A DNA stretch of 57,482 bases from Candidatus Limnocylindrales bacterium (GCA_036560085.1 DATBRX010000131.1:1-57482), one strand, 5' to 3'. Shown: positions 40,684 to 49,585, numbered from the stretch's first letter. Program-made: numbers and translations. Notes: a model not told the origin generated them from the letters alone.

Positions 40684-41337
40684 CTACCGCTCGCGCGCGA
40701 GGGCCAGCCCCGACACGGCATGCGCGCCCGCCGCATACAACGCCGCGGCGCAGCCGCTGAGCGTCGCGCCGGTCGTAACGACGTCGTCGACGAGCACGAT
40801 CCAGCCGCCGCTCACCTGGCGTCGGCCGCCGGCCTTGATCGAGAAGGCGCCGCCCACGTTCGCGGCGCGCGCGCGCCGGCCAAGGCTGTGCTGCGCCGCG
40901 GTGCGCGCCGCCCGTTCGAGCACGGTCGCGACCGGCATCTTGAGCAAGCGGCCGGCGGCGCGCGCGAGCAGCTCGGCCTGGTCAAAGCCGCGTTCCTTGA
41001 GCCGCGCGGCGTGAACGGGCACCGGCACCAGCACGTCACCACCGATCCCGGCGCGCCCCCAGCGCGCGGCCATCTGCTCGGCCAGGACATCGACCAAGCG
41101 CAGCTCGCCGTCATACTTGAGCGCGGCCAGCGCGGCGCGCGCCACACCGCTGTACGAGCAGCACCATTCGAGCTGGACGAGCCCCCGGGGCTGGGTGGTG
41201 GCGAGACCCAGCGGCACGCCGGGCGGCTCGTCACGGCGCCGCGCGAGGGAGGGCAGGCACTTACTGCAGACCGCGGCGCCCTCGCGGCCGCAGCCCGGAC
41301 AGGCGGGCGGCAGCAGGACATCGAGCAACCGTCGCAT
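40684..41337 (-). CDS. ComF family protein (ComFC/GntX-like phosphoribosyltransferase)
   Basis: ATG 41337 inside track ORF 40684..41619. N-terminal Zn-finger 'CPGCGREGAAVCSKC', PRT motif 'IVLVDDVVTTGATL'. Confidence 0.8.
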   Translation of the reverse strand: MRRLLDVLLPPACPGCGREGAAVCSKCLPSLARRRDEPPGVPLGLATTQPRGLVQLEWCCSYSGVARAALAALKYDGELRLVDVLAEQMAARWGRAGIGGDVLVPVPVHAARLKERGFDQAELLARAAGRLLKMPVATVLERAARTAAQHSLGRRARAANVGGAFSIKAGGRRQVSGGWIVLVDDVVTTGATLSGCAAALYAAGAHAVSGLALARER

Positions 41338-41445
41338 CGCCCCTGAAGATTGGCGCGCCACGCTCACCGGCGGCTCATCTGGCGCTTGGCGCGCGCTTAT
41401 CATCGCGGCGATGCTGCCGCCGACGGCCCTGGACACGGCACGCAG

Positions 41446-42618
41446 ATGACCAATCGCCGCTGGGCGGGACCGCTGGCGCTCGGGCTTGCCGCGCTCGGGG
41501 TGCTCGTCCTGGTCGGGGTGCTGGCCGCGTGGTTCAACGAGTCGCGCGGCTGGGCCTACGACTTCCACCCCTATTACGACGGCGCATTGCGGCTGCTGGC
41601 CAACGGCAGCCCGTACCAAGCGGTGACCCTCGACGGTCCGTTCTCACCGGGACCCAAGGGCCTGTACCTGTACTCGCCCGTGCTCGCCGCGCTGTTCGTG
41701 CCGCTGACCTGGCTGGGCGAGGGGAGCGCCATCGTCGTCTGGGCTACGCTGCATATCGCGGCATTGGTCGCGCTCTGCGCGCTGATGCCAATCTCGCGCA
41801 ATCTGCGGCTCGCGACCTTCGGCATCGCCTGTCTCAGCGCGCCCGTCCTGTACGACATCGACCTGGGCAACGTCAGCCTGTTCGTCACGCTGGCCGCGGT
41901 GCTGGTCTGGCGCTGGCTCGACCGGCCGGGGAGCGGCATCGTGCTCGCCCTGGCGCTGCTGGTGCGACCGGCCATGGCGGTGATCTGTGGCTGGTGGCTG
42001 CTGCGCGGCCTGTGGCGGCCCGTCGCCTGGGCAGTTGGCACATTCGCCGCGGTCGCTGCGGTCAGCCTCGTTTGGCTGCGGCCGGACGTGTGGTGGGAGT
42101 GGCTGACCGTCCTGCGCAACGTGAGCAACGTGACGGGCGTGAAGGCCAATGTCGACCTGGGCTCGGCCGTGCTGATGGTCGGTGGCTCGGCCGAGGTCGC
42201 TCAGATCGCGCTGTACGGCGGCTACGTGATCGCGGTTGCGGCCATCCTGCTCAGCCTGCGCCGCGACCGCGAGCTGTCATTCGTGGTCACGCTCATGGCG
42301 ACGCTGCTGCTCTCGCCGCTGTTGTGGGACCACTACCTGACCAACCTGCTCATCCCGGCAGCGTTCCTGGCCGCGCGCGGGCGCGCCTGGGGCTTGGCCC
42401 TGCCGCTGCTGTGCTGGGCGCCGCAGATCATCGCCGTGCTCATACCGGAGATGCGGACCCATGCCGACGGAGCGCTGGCGCTGGTGGCGGTCCTGGGTGT
42501 CGTGCTGCCCTTCCTGGCGCCCGACTCAGATGCGCGCGCCGGCTTCTTCTGGGAGCGTCGCTGGGGGCCTTTACGCGGCCGGCGCCAGGGTGACGTAATC
42601 GCCGACGCTGAGGCCTGA
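41446..42618 (+). CDS. GT87 (DUF2029)-like polyprenyl-phosphate-sugar-dependent membrane glycosyltransferase
   Basis: ATG 41446. 'WAYDFHPYYDGALRLLANGSPY...LYLYSPVLAALFVP', then about 9 further hydrophobic segments. Confidence 0.65.
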   Translation: MTNRRWAGPLALGLAALGVLVLVGVLAAWFNESRGWAYDFHPYYDGALRLLANGSPYQAVTLDGPFSPGPKGLYLYSPVLAALFVPLTWLGEGSAIVVWATLHIAALVALCALMPISRNLRLATFGIACLSAPVLYDIDLGNVSLFVTLAAVLVWRWLDRPGSGIVLALALLVRPAMAVICGWWLLRGLWRPVAWAVGTFAAVAAVSLVWLRPDVWWEWLTVLRNVSNVTGVKANVDLGSAVLMVGGSAEVAQIALYGGYVIAVAAILLSLRRDRELSFVVTLMATLLLSPLLWDHYLTNLLIPAAFLAARGRAWGLALPLLCWAPQIIAVLIPEMRTHADGALALVAVLGVVLPFLAPDSDARAGFFWERRWGPLRGRRQGDVIADAEA

Positions 42619-42963
42619 GCTGGTCAGTGAACCGGCTGGGACCTCGACGGCGCCGCGCGCGCCGCGCACCCACGGCACGAGCCCGGTCCACGGCCGCAGG
42701 TTCGGTTTGAGCGCAACCACCATCCGTGCGCCGTCCGCGCGCGGCGCGCCAACGAATACCACGTCGATCGCGAAGCGCATGAAGAACATGTGCACCCCGT
42801 TGGTGCCGGGCAGGTAGAGCCCCTCGCCCGCGGCCAGGCCACGCCGGCCGATCAGGCCGCGTAGCCGCGCCAGCCACGAGTCGGCGACATCGAGCTGCCA
42901 CAGTGGTGCCGCCGAACCCGCGGCGTGCAGCTCCACCCTATTGCTCGGCTTCTTGTCGCTCAC
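42571..42963 (-). CDS. DUF192 (COG1430) family protein
   Basis: 'ADSWLARLRGLIGRRGLAAGEGLYLPGTNGVHMFFMRFAIDVVFV', C-terminal 'EVPAGSLTSSGLSVGDYV'. 24 nt downstream of tadC on the same strand. Confidence 0.75.
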   Translation of the reverse strand: MSDKKPSNRVELHAAGSAAPLWQLDVADSWLARLRGLIGRRGLAAGEGLYLPGTNGVHMFFMRFAIDVVFVGAPRADGARMVVALKPNLRPWTGLVPWVRGARGAVEVPAGSLTSSGLSVGDYVTLAPAA

Positions 42964-42987
42964 CGCGAACGATGATGCGCGATCGAG

Positions 42988-43911
42988 CTACTGGCCGTTG
43001 CTCATGTTGAGCGCGATCAGGATGATCGCCGGGCCAAGGATGACGATGAACATCGAGGGGAAGATGCAGCCGACGAGCGGGAAGAGCATCTTGATGGGCG
43101 CCTTGGCGGCCAGCTCCTCGGCACGCTGGCGGCGCTCGATGCGCAGCTGCTCCGACTGGACCTGCAGGACCTTGCTGATCGAGACGCCCAGCTGCTCGGC
43201 CTGGACGATCGCGCCGATGAAGTTGGACAGCGCCTGCACCTCAGTTCGGCCGACGATGTCGCGCAGTGCGTCGCGGCGCGTCTTGCCGACACGGATCTCG
43301 GCCAGTGCCCGGCGGAACTCGTCGGCCAGCGGGCCGTGCGTCTTCTCGACAACCTTGGCCAGCGCGCCATCGAACGACAGGCCGGCGCGGACCGAGATGG
43401 TCAGCAGGTCGAGCGTGTCGGGCGTGGCCAGCAGGATGGCCTTCTGGCGCGCCTTGATGCGTCGGCCGAGCCAGATCTCGGGCCCCAGGAAGCCGAACCC
43501 GCCAATGGCCAGCGCGCCGATGAAGCCGAAGGGCGCGTTGCCCATCAGGATGCCGAAGACCGCGAACGCGCCCGCGCCGAACAGGCCGGCCATGACCAGC
43601 TTCATGCCGAGGAAATCGATCGTTCGCAGAGCGCCCGGGTTGCCGGCCATCGACAGGCGCCTCTCCGTGCGACTGACCTTGGACGGACTGGCGAAGCGCT
43701 GAGCGATGCCTGACAGACGAGTAGCCAGGGGGCGCAGGGTGCGCTCGAACAACGGCTGCTGGAGCTCGATCTCCTCGAGCGTGCGGGCCTGCATCGAGCC
43801 GAGCTGCGACAGCCGGGCCTGGACCGGGTCCATCTGCTTGGATCCGGCGAGGGCGAGGAAGACGAGCAGGACGCCCAGCGCGGCGACGCCGGCCATGATG
43901 ATCGGAAGCAT
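42988..43911 (-). CDS. tadC: Tad pilus inner-membrane platform protein TadC (T2SS-F family)
   Basis: T2SSF domain pattern 'PDTLDLLTISVRAGLSFDGAL', terminal TM helices. Confidence 0.85.
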   Translation of the reverse strand: MLPIIMAGVAALGVLLVFLALAGSKQMDPVQARLSQLGSMQARTLEEIELQQPLFERTLRPLATRLSGIAQRFASPSKVSRTERRLSMAGNPGALRTIDFLGMKLVMAGLFGAGAFAVFGILMGNAPFGFIGALAIGGFGFLGPEIWLGRRIKARQKAILLATPDTLDLLTISVRAGLSFDGALAKVVEKTHGPLADEFRRALAEIRVGKTRRDALRDIVGRTEVQALSNFIGAIVQAEQLGVSISKVLQVQSEQLRIERRQRAEELAAKAPIKMLFPLVGCIFPSMFIVILGPAIILIALNMSNGQ

Positions 43912-43913
43912 CG

Positions 43914-44915
43914 CTAGACCTCGATGTCGACGATGCGCCGGATGAGGATGAAGCCTATGAGCATCATGAATCCGCCTCCGGCGAGAATGAACATGCCCGC
44001 GGGCAGCCCGAGCAGCTCGGGGGGCTTCTGGAGCATGGGCGCCATGAATGTTGGCGCGATGACCGATAGCAGTAGGACCAGCGCGATCGGCAGGAAGCCA
44101 ACGACATAGCCCGACATGCGCTGCTGCGCGGTGAGCGTTCGAATCTCGCCCTTGATGCGCACCCGCTCACGGATGGTGAACGCGATGCTGTCGAGGATCT
44201 CGGCGAGGTTGCCGCCGACCGTGTGATGGATGGCAATGGCCGTGGTCATCAGGTCGAGGTCGTCCGAGCGCACGCGGCGCTGGAGATTGGCCAGTGCCTC
44301 GTCGAGCGGCAGGCCCAGGTTGACCTCGCGGATGACACGCGCGAACTCGGTCGACATGGGCGGTCGGGTCTCACGCACGATCATTTCGACCGCCTGCAGG
44401 AAGGACGATCCGGCGCGCAGCGAGTTGGCGAGCAGCATGATCGTGTCGGCGAGCCCGGTATTGAACGCCTTGAGCCGCTTGCCCTTGCGCCGGCCGAGCC
44501 AGAACTTTGGCAGCCAGTACCCGACCAGCAGCGCCGCGATCCACGCGATTGGGCTGGCGAACAGAGGTATGAGTGGGCTCAGGCCGACGAACAGCAGGGG
44601 CAGCCCGAGGATCGCGCCAGCGCGAATGGCCAGGAACTCGGTGGGCTTCAGGGCCAGGTCGGCCCGGGCAAGCTCGCGGGCGAGGTTGCTGCCCCAGTCG
44701 CGGCGCTCGACGATGCGGTTGAAGTTGGCCAGCGCGGCTGATGTGGCGATGCGTTCGCCCAGGTCGCGCTTGGCCTCTGTGTCGTGGCGGTCGCTGTCGC
44801 CCGCGGCGTAGCGCTCGAGGCGCGCGTTCACGTCGGAGCCACCGGCGAGGCTGACGAAGATCAGCAGCACGCCGACGGCGGCACCAGCGGCGACGAGGAT
44901 GACGAGTGGATCCAT
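43914..44915 (-). CDS. tadB: Tad pilus inner-membrane platform protein TadB (T2SS-F family)
   Basis: 'LADTIMLLANSLRAGSSFLQAVEMI', 'EVNLGLPLDEAL'. 2-nt gaps to cpaF and tadC. Confidence 0.85.
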   Translation of the reverse strand: MDPLVILVAAGAAVGVLLIFVSLAGGSDVNARLERYAAGDSDRHDTEAKRDLGERIATSAALANFNRIVERRDWGSNLARELARADLALKPTEFLAIRAGAILGLPLLFVGLSPLIPLFASPIAWIAALLVGYWLPKFWLGRRKGKRLKAFNTGLADTIMLLANSLRAGSSFLQAVEMIVRETRPPMSTEFARVIREVNLGLPLDEALANLQRRVRSDDLDLMTTAIAIHHTVGGNLAEILDSIAFTIRERVRIKGEIRTLTAQQRMSGYVVGFLPIALVLLLSVIAPTFMAPMLQKPPELLGLPAGMFILAGGGFMMLIGFILIRRIVDIEV

Positions 44916-44917
44916 GG

Positions 44918-46396
44918 CTAGATCGGCTGCCCGAACATGCGCGGCGGCAGGTGGATGCCGTGCGCCTCGAACTTCTCACTGAAGCGCGGTCGCACACCGG
45001 TCGGGCGCAGCCGACCCTGGACCTTGCCCTCGACAATGCCGGTCTGCTCGAACATGAACACGTCCTGCAGGACGATGACGTCGCCTTCCATGCCCTGGAC
45101 CTCGGTGATGTTGGTGATCTTGCGCGACCCGTCCTTGAGCCGGTCCTGGTGCACGATCAGGTCGACGGCTGAGGCGATCTGCTCGCGCACAGCGCGCAGC
45201 GGCAGCTCGACGCCGGCGAACAGCACCATTGTCTCGAGGCGGGCGAGCATGTCGCGCGGCGTGTTGGCGTGACCGGTCGACATGGAGCCGTCGTGGCCGG
45301 TGTTCATGGCCTGGAGCATGTCCAGCGCCTCACCGCCGCGGCACTCGCCGACGATGATGCGATCGGGCCGCATGCGCAGGGCGTTGCGCACGAGCTCGCG
45401 GATGGGGATCGCGCCCTTGCCCTCGATGTTGGCCGGGCGCGACTCGAGCGTGACCACGTGCTCCTGGCGAAGCTGGAGCTCGGCCGCGTCCTCGACGGTG
45501 ACGATGCGCTCGTCGTTGGGAATGAACGATGAGAGAACGTTGAGCATCGTCGTCTTGCCGGAGCCCGTGCCGCCGCTGACAAAGACGTTGAGGCGCGCTT
45601 CGACGCACGCCCGCAGGAAGTCAAACATCTCCGGTGTCGAGGTGCCGAAGCGGATGAGGTCGTCGGTGGTCAGCGGCGTGGCCGCGAACTTGCGGATGGT
45701 CAGGACCGGGCCGACAAGCGAGATGGGTGGGATCACCGCGTTGACGCGCGACCCGTCGACGAGGCGCGCGTCGACCATGGGACTCGACTCATCGACTCGG
45801 CGGCCGATGGGCGAGATGATGCGATCGATGATGCGCATCACGTGCTCGTCGTTCTGGAAGGTGACGTTGGTCAGCTCCAGCTTGCCCGAGCGCTCGATGT
45901 ACACCTGGCGCGGGCCGTTGACCATCACCTCGGTGATGCCCTCGTCGCGCAGCAGCGGCTCGAGCGGGCCAAGACCGACGATCTCGTCGGTGATCTGCTC
46001 GAGCATGCGCGTGCGCTCGGCACGGGTGAGCGCCAGGCCCTCGGCGTCGAGCGCGCGGCCGAATGCTTCCTCGATCTCGCGCCGGACCTCGACCGCGTTG
46101 GCCAGGTCGAGCTTGGGATCGATGTCACTGATGACGCGCTGCTGAATGCGGAACTTGGCATCGCGGAACGACTCGCGCAGCGGCACCTGGGCGAGCATCC
46201 GCCCGGTCGTCGGGGCACCGCCCTGGCCGGGCGAGCCAGGAGCCGGGGGAGGCGCGGTCGGCAGCCGCTCAAGGCCGGCCGGTGGCCGGACCGGCGGCTG
46301 GCTCCCGGGGTTCTGCGACGCAGCCGGATCCGCCGGGGCGATGCCCGGCATGTCGGCGGCTGGTCGTGCGCTTTCTATGCGGCGCAGCAGAGACAT
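44918..46396 (-). CDS. cpaF: Tad pilus secretion ATPase CpaF/TadA (Pro-rich N-terminus)
   Basis: Walker A 'VSGGTGSGKTTMLN', 'VTVEDAAELQL', 'IIVGECRGGEALDMLQAMNTGHDGSMSTGHAN'. Confidence 0.95.
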   Translation of the reverse strand: MSLLRRIESARPAADMPGIAPADPAASQNPGSQPPVRPPAGLERLPTAPPPAPGSPGQGGAPTTGRMLAQVPLRESFRDAKFRIQQRVISDIDPKLDLANAVEVRREIEEAFGRALDAEGLALTRAERTRMLEQITDEIVGLGPLEPLLRDEGITEVMVNGPRQVYIERSGKLELTNVTFQNDEHVMRIIDRIISPIGRRVDESSPMVDARLVDGSRVNAVIPPISLVGPVLTIRKFAATPLTTDDLIRFGTSTPEMFDFLRACVEARLNVFVSGGTGSGKTTMLNVLSSFIPNDERIVTVEDAAELQLRQEHVVTLESRPANIEGKGAIPIRELVRNALRMRPDRIIVGECRGGEALDMLQAMNTGHDGSMSTGHANTPRDMLARLETMVLFAGVELPLRAVREQIASAVDLIVHQDRLKDGSRKITNITEVQGMEGDVIVLQDVFMFEQTGIVEGKVQGRLRPTGVRPRFSEKFEAHGIHLPPRMFGQPI

Positions 46397-46410
46397 CTAG
46401 CCCTTCTCCT

Positions 46411-47679
46411 TTAGTGGGCGCGCCACTGGAACAGGCCACCTGACTTTCGCTGCGCGGCGCGCGCTGGGGCCTGACCCGGCTGTACCTGCTCGCCACCAAC
46501 GATGGTCTTGGTCAAGCGCACGACGTCCTCGGCGACGCGCGTCTGGCGCGCGCCGACGACGAACGGCACGCCGCGGTTGAGGGCGTACACGACGGTCCGG
46601 CCGTCTGACACGATGCTGTGGCTGATCTTGCGCCCGATCGAGCTCTCGACGTCGTGCAGCCGGATGCCGTAGCCAGAGTCGGCGCGGTTGAGCAGCAGCT
46701 GGACCTTGCCCTCCGGATAGCCGAGCTGCTCGACGAGGGCCAGGAACTGGCGGATGTTCTTGATGTTGGTTATCTCGAGCGTCAGCACGGTCAGCACGAT
46801 GTCCGACTGATCGAGGAACGCGAGCGTCACGTCCTGGAGCAGCGGCGAGCAGTCGACCACGACCAGGTCGTGGGTCAGGCGCAGCGCGGAGATGATCTTT
46901 GAGACGTGGTCGGGCGTTACGAGCTCGGCCATCTCCGGGCTGGGCGGCGCCATCAGCACGCGCACGCCGGTGCTGTGATCGACGAGCGTTGTCTCGAGCG
47001 TCTCCATGTCCCCGCCCGCCATCTCGCGCGCCACATCGGCGATCGTCTGGTTCTTGGGATTGAGGTTGAGCAGCACGCCCACATCGCCGAATTGCAGGCC
47101 GCCGTCGACGAGCGCCACCTTCTTGCCGAGCTCGGCCTTGGCGGCCACGGCGAAGTTGACGGCCAGTGTCGTGCGCCCGACGCCGCCCTTGGGCGAGAAG
47201 AAGGTCACCACCTGGCCGTTGTGGGCCTGGATGGGCTCGGCATGGCCGTTGCCGGACGCCGCGGGTCGGACGCTGGCAACGCGATCGAGCTTCTGGCGCT
47301 CGCGCTGATGGACGTTTCGGATCGACGCCGCGAGCTCGTCGCTGCTGAACGGCTTGACGAGGAACTCGCGCGCGCCGGCGAGCATCGCGCGGCGCAGGTA
47401 GTCGGGCTCGCCCTGGACGCTCATCATGATGATCGAGGCCGTGGGCACACGCAGCGACAGCTGCTCGGCCGTGGCGATGCCGTCCATGCCGGGCATGTTG
47501 ATGTCGAGCAGCAGCACGTCGACCGGCGCTTGCGTGGCCAGGCTGAGCGCCTCCTGGCCAGAACCGACGCTGCCGACGACGGCCATGTCCGACTCGAAGC
47601 TGAGCAGCTTCGCCAGGTGGTCGCGCGTCTCGATGATGTCGTCGACGATCACCACCCGGATCGGCTCAGTTGTGCTCAC
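46411..47679 (-). CDS. cpaE: CpaE/TadZ-like ParA/MinD-family ATPase with N-terminal receiver domain
   Basis: REC: 'RVVIVDD', 'DVLLLDINMPGMDG', 'FLVKPF'. ATPase: deviant Walker A 'FSPKGGVGRTTLAVNFA'. Confidence 0.85.
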   Translation of the reverse strand: MSTTEPIRVVIVDDIIETRDHLAKLLSFESDMAVVGSVGSGQEALSLATQAPVDVLLLDINMPGMDGIATAEQLSLRVPTASIIMMSVQGEPDYLRRAMLAGAREFLVKPFSSDELAASIRNVHQRERQKLDRVASVRPAASGNGHAEPIQAHNGQVVTFFSPKGGVGRTTLAVNFAVAAKAELGKKVALVDGGLQFGDVGVLLNLNPKNQTIADVAREMAGGDMETLETTLVDHSTGVRVLMAPPSPEMAELVTPDHVSKIISALRLTHDLVVVDCSPLLQDVTLAFLDQSDIVLTVLTLEITNIKNIRQFLALVEQLGYPEGKVQLLLNRADSGYGIRLHDVESSIGRKISHSIVSDGRTVVYALNRGVPFVVGARQTRVAEDVVRLTKTIVGGEQVQPGQAPARAAQRKSGGLFQWRAH

Positions 47680-47706
47680 GGACGTGCGGCCTCCCCACCC
47701 ACCGGT

Positions 47707-48561
47707 TCAGGGCGTGACCGACTTGGGCGGCAGGACCCCCCATTGGTCGACCAGCTCCTTCAGGGTGATACCGCTGGTGGTTGTGTCCGGTGCCCCGCTA
47801 TCGCCGGGCGCCCGCATGAGGAGCGACACGTTGCCGTCGAGCTGGGCGAAACGCACGACTTCGGATTGCTGGGGCGAGACCGCGAGCACGACGACCACGT
47901 CCGGCTCGGGCACGCCATTTGGCGTAACCCCGTTGTTGGGGTCGTTTGACCGCGCCATGACCGCCAGGACCTGCACGTTCTGCACGACGACTTTGACGGT
48001 GGTGTTGTTCATGAATTCGTCGACCGAGATGTACGGGTTGGTATCCACCACCGTGCCATCCGGGCTCACGTGGCCGTAGTTCGGGTTGGGCAGCACCTGC
48101 GGGTTGAGCGAGTCGGTGTCGCGCATCGAGATGAGGACGTCGACCCGATCACCGGGCTGCAGCAGCGCGCCCACGGCGTCCACCTTGCTCAGCGGAATCG
48201 CGATCGCGACGAGTCCGGGCTGGATCGACCCGGCGATCTGGGCCACGGCGGTCGTGTCGAAATCGCTGGCCGTGAGGGCCTGGCCTGCCGGGACGGCGCG
48301 GCGGACGATCTGGCCCACCAGCTCCTCGGGATGCTGATATGTGCCCGAGGCATCTGCCTGCGGGCGCGGCTGAGTGGTCAGCTTGTCGGCCGTGAGCTCG
48401 GTGCCCAGGGTCAGGTCGACTGCGGCCACGACGACGTTGACGTCGGCCGGCGGCGCATCGACGGTCGGGCTGCCCAGGCCGCCGAATGCGAGCACCGCCA
48501 CGAAGGCGACGGCGGCGAGCAGGACACCGGCAATGAGCATGAATCGGTTGGCGCGCTTCAA
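47707..48561 (-). CDS. cpaB: Flp pilus assembly protein CpaB (SAF + RcpC-like)
   Basis: TTG start with GGAGAGG 6 nt upstream. N-terminal TM 'FMLIAGVLLAAVAFVAVLAF', 'VVVAAVDLTLGTELTADKL', 'GLVAIAIPL...LLQPGDRVDVL'. Confidence 0.85.
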   Translation of the reverse strand: MKRANRFMLIAGVLLAAVAFVAVLAFGGLGSPTVDAPPADVNVVVAAVDLTLGTELTADKLTTQPRPQADASGTYQHPEELVGQIVRRAVPAGQALTASDFDTTAVAQIAGSIQPGLVAIAIPLSKVDAVGALLQPGDRVDVLISMRDTDSLNPQVLPNPNYGHVSPDGTVVDTNPYISVDEFMNNTTVKVVVQNVQVLAVMARSNDPNNGVTPNGVPEPDVVVVLAVSPQQSEVVRFAQLDGNVSLLMRAPGDSGAPDTTTSGITLKELVDQWGVLPPKSVTP

Positions 48562-48822
48562 GGTGCCTCTCCAAGCGTGGTGTGACAGGTGTCAACGACC
48601 ATAGAAGCGGTGCAGGGGTGTCGCGATGCCCCGAATGGGCTAGGACCATGCGCCTCTGCACCGTACCGACCACCCGCCTGGTGCCCGGCGAAACGACCCC
48701 TCATTCACGCTGGCCAGGGCGCTGGGCGCACAAGAAAAGAGAGCGCCACCTGGTCCCGCGAGATAGGACTCAGGCGGCGCTCCCACGAGCGGGCGCTCCC
48801 GCTGCCGCGGGCCCTCCACCCG

Positions 48823-48957
48823 CTACATGCGGTTCCCGAGGTCGGACAGCATCGAGTTGATCGAGCCGCCCATGAAAGTGATCGCGATGATCGACGCCAC
48901 CGCAATGAGGGCCAGGATGAGTGCGTACTCGGCCAGTCCCTGTCCGGCCTGCTTCAT
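48823..48957 (-). CDS. flp: Flp/Fap family pilin (copy 1, nearest cpaB)
   Basis: Not in the track (<60 aa). MKQAGQGLAEYALILALIAVASIIAITFMGGSINSMLSDLGNRM. Carries the G/xxxxEY processing motif. An in-frame GTG at 48990 with GGAG upstream would add 11 aa. Confidence 0.8.
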   Translation of the reverse strand: MKQAGQGLAEYALILALIAVASIIAITFMGGSINSMLSDLGNRM

Positions 48958-49169
48958 TCGAGCAGGCGCGCGCCCAGATGCGAACTTCACTTCAGTGCTC
49001 CGTCGATAAGTGCTTGCATCGCAATAGCCGCGACGCTGCCCCGACTCTGGCCCAGGCCACTGGGGGCCGAAATAGGAAAGCGGTACCCATTGGCGGCGCC
49101 GCCTGCCGTCGCACGGGGCAGCTGCGCAACGAGGCGGTGCGTCAAGGCTCCGCCACCGCGCGGACGACG

Positions 49170-49310
49170 CTAGCCGTTGATCGTGTCGGCGATGATCGAG
49201 AGGATGTCGTTGATCTGGGTGCCGAACAGGGTCAGCGCGACCAGTGCCACGATCACGATGAGGGCGACGATCAGCGCGTACTCAGCCAGGCTCTGACCGC
49301 GGTCGTCCAT
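49170..49310 (-). CDS. flp: Flp/Fap family pilin (copy 2)
   Basis: Not in the track. MDDRGQSLAEYALIVALIVIVALVALTLFGTQINDILSIIADTING. No obvious SD. Confidence 0.75.
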   Translation of the reverse strand: MDDRGQSLAEYALIVALIVIVALVALTLFGTQINDILSIIADTING

Positions 49311-49360
49311 GGCGCCGATCGTAAGGCATCACGCCCTGGCCGATTGGCGGTGTGCCGGGC

Positions 49361-49395
49361 AAAGGAAAAGGGCGTCGGCCTTGCGGCCGACGCCC
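49361..49395 (-). terminator. Strong intrinsic terminator/attenuator 25 nt after flp copy 3
   Basis: Minus strand: GGGCGTCGGCC-GCAA-GGCCGACGCCC (11-bp GC stem, GNRA loop), followed by TTTTCCTTT. Confidence 0.65.
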
Positions 49396-49420
49396 TGCTT
49401 GTCGCTTGTGGCGAACGAGA

Positions 49421-49585
49421 TCAGATCTTGTTGCCGACGTTCGACAGGATGCTGTTGATCTGGCCACCGAGGAACGTGACCGCGGCGATCGCCAGGACGG
49501 CGATGAGCGCCAGGATCAGCGCGTACTCGGCCAGACCCTGACCGCGCTCGTCGCTGCGAATCAGGCTCACCAGGTACTGAAGCAT
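49421..49585 (-). CDS. flp: Flp/Fap family pilin (copy 3, promoter-proximal, long leader)
   Basis: Not in the track. MLQYLVSLIRSDERGQGLAEYALILALIAVLAIAAVTFLGGQINSILSNVGNKI. GGAGGG SD upstream. Confidence 0.85.
   Translation of the reverse strand: MLQYLVSLIRSDERGQGLAEYALILALIAVLAIAAVTFLGGQINSILSNVGNKI

Noticed and set aside
48562-48822. 260-nt gap between flp copy 1 and cpaB, searched for a prepilin peptidase, pseudopilin or other sORF
   Set aside because: It holds only very short frames without Flp/TadE-like hydrophobic N-termini. The TTGACA hexamer there lacks a matching -10 element. Treated as untranslated spacer.
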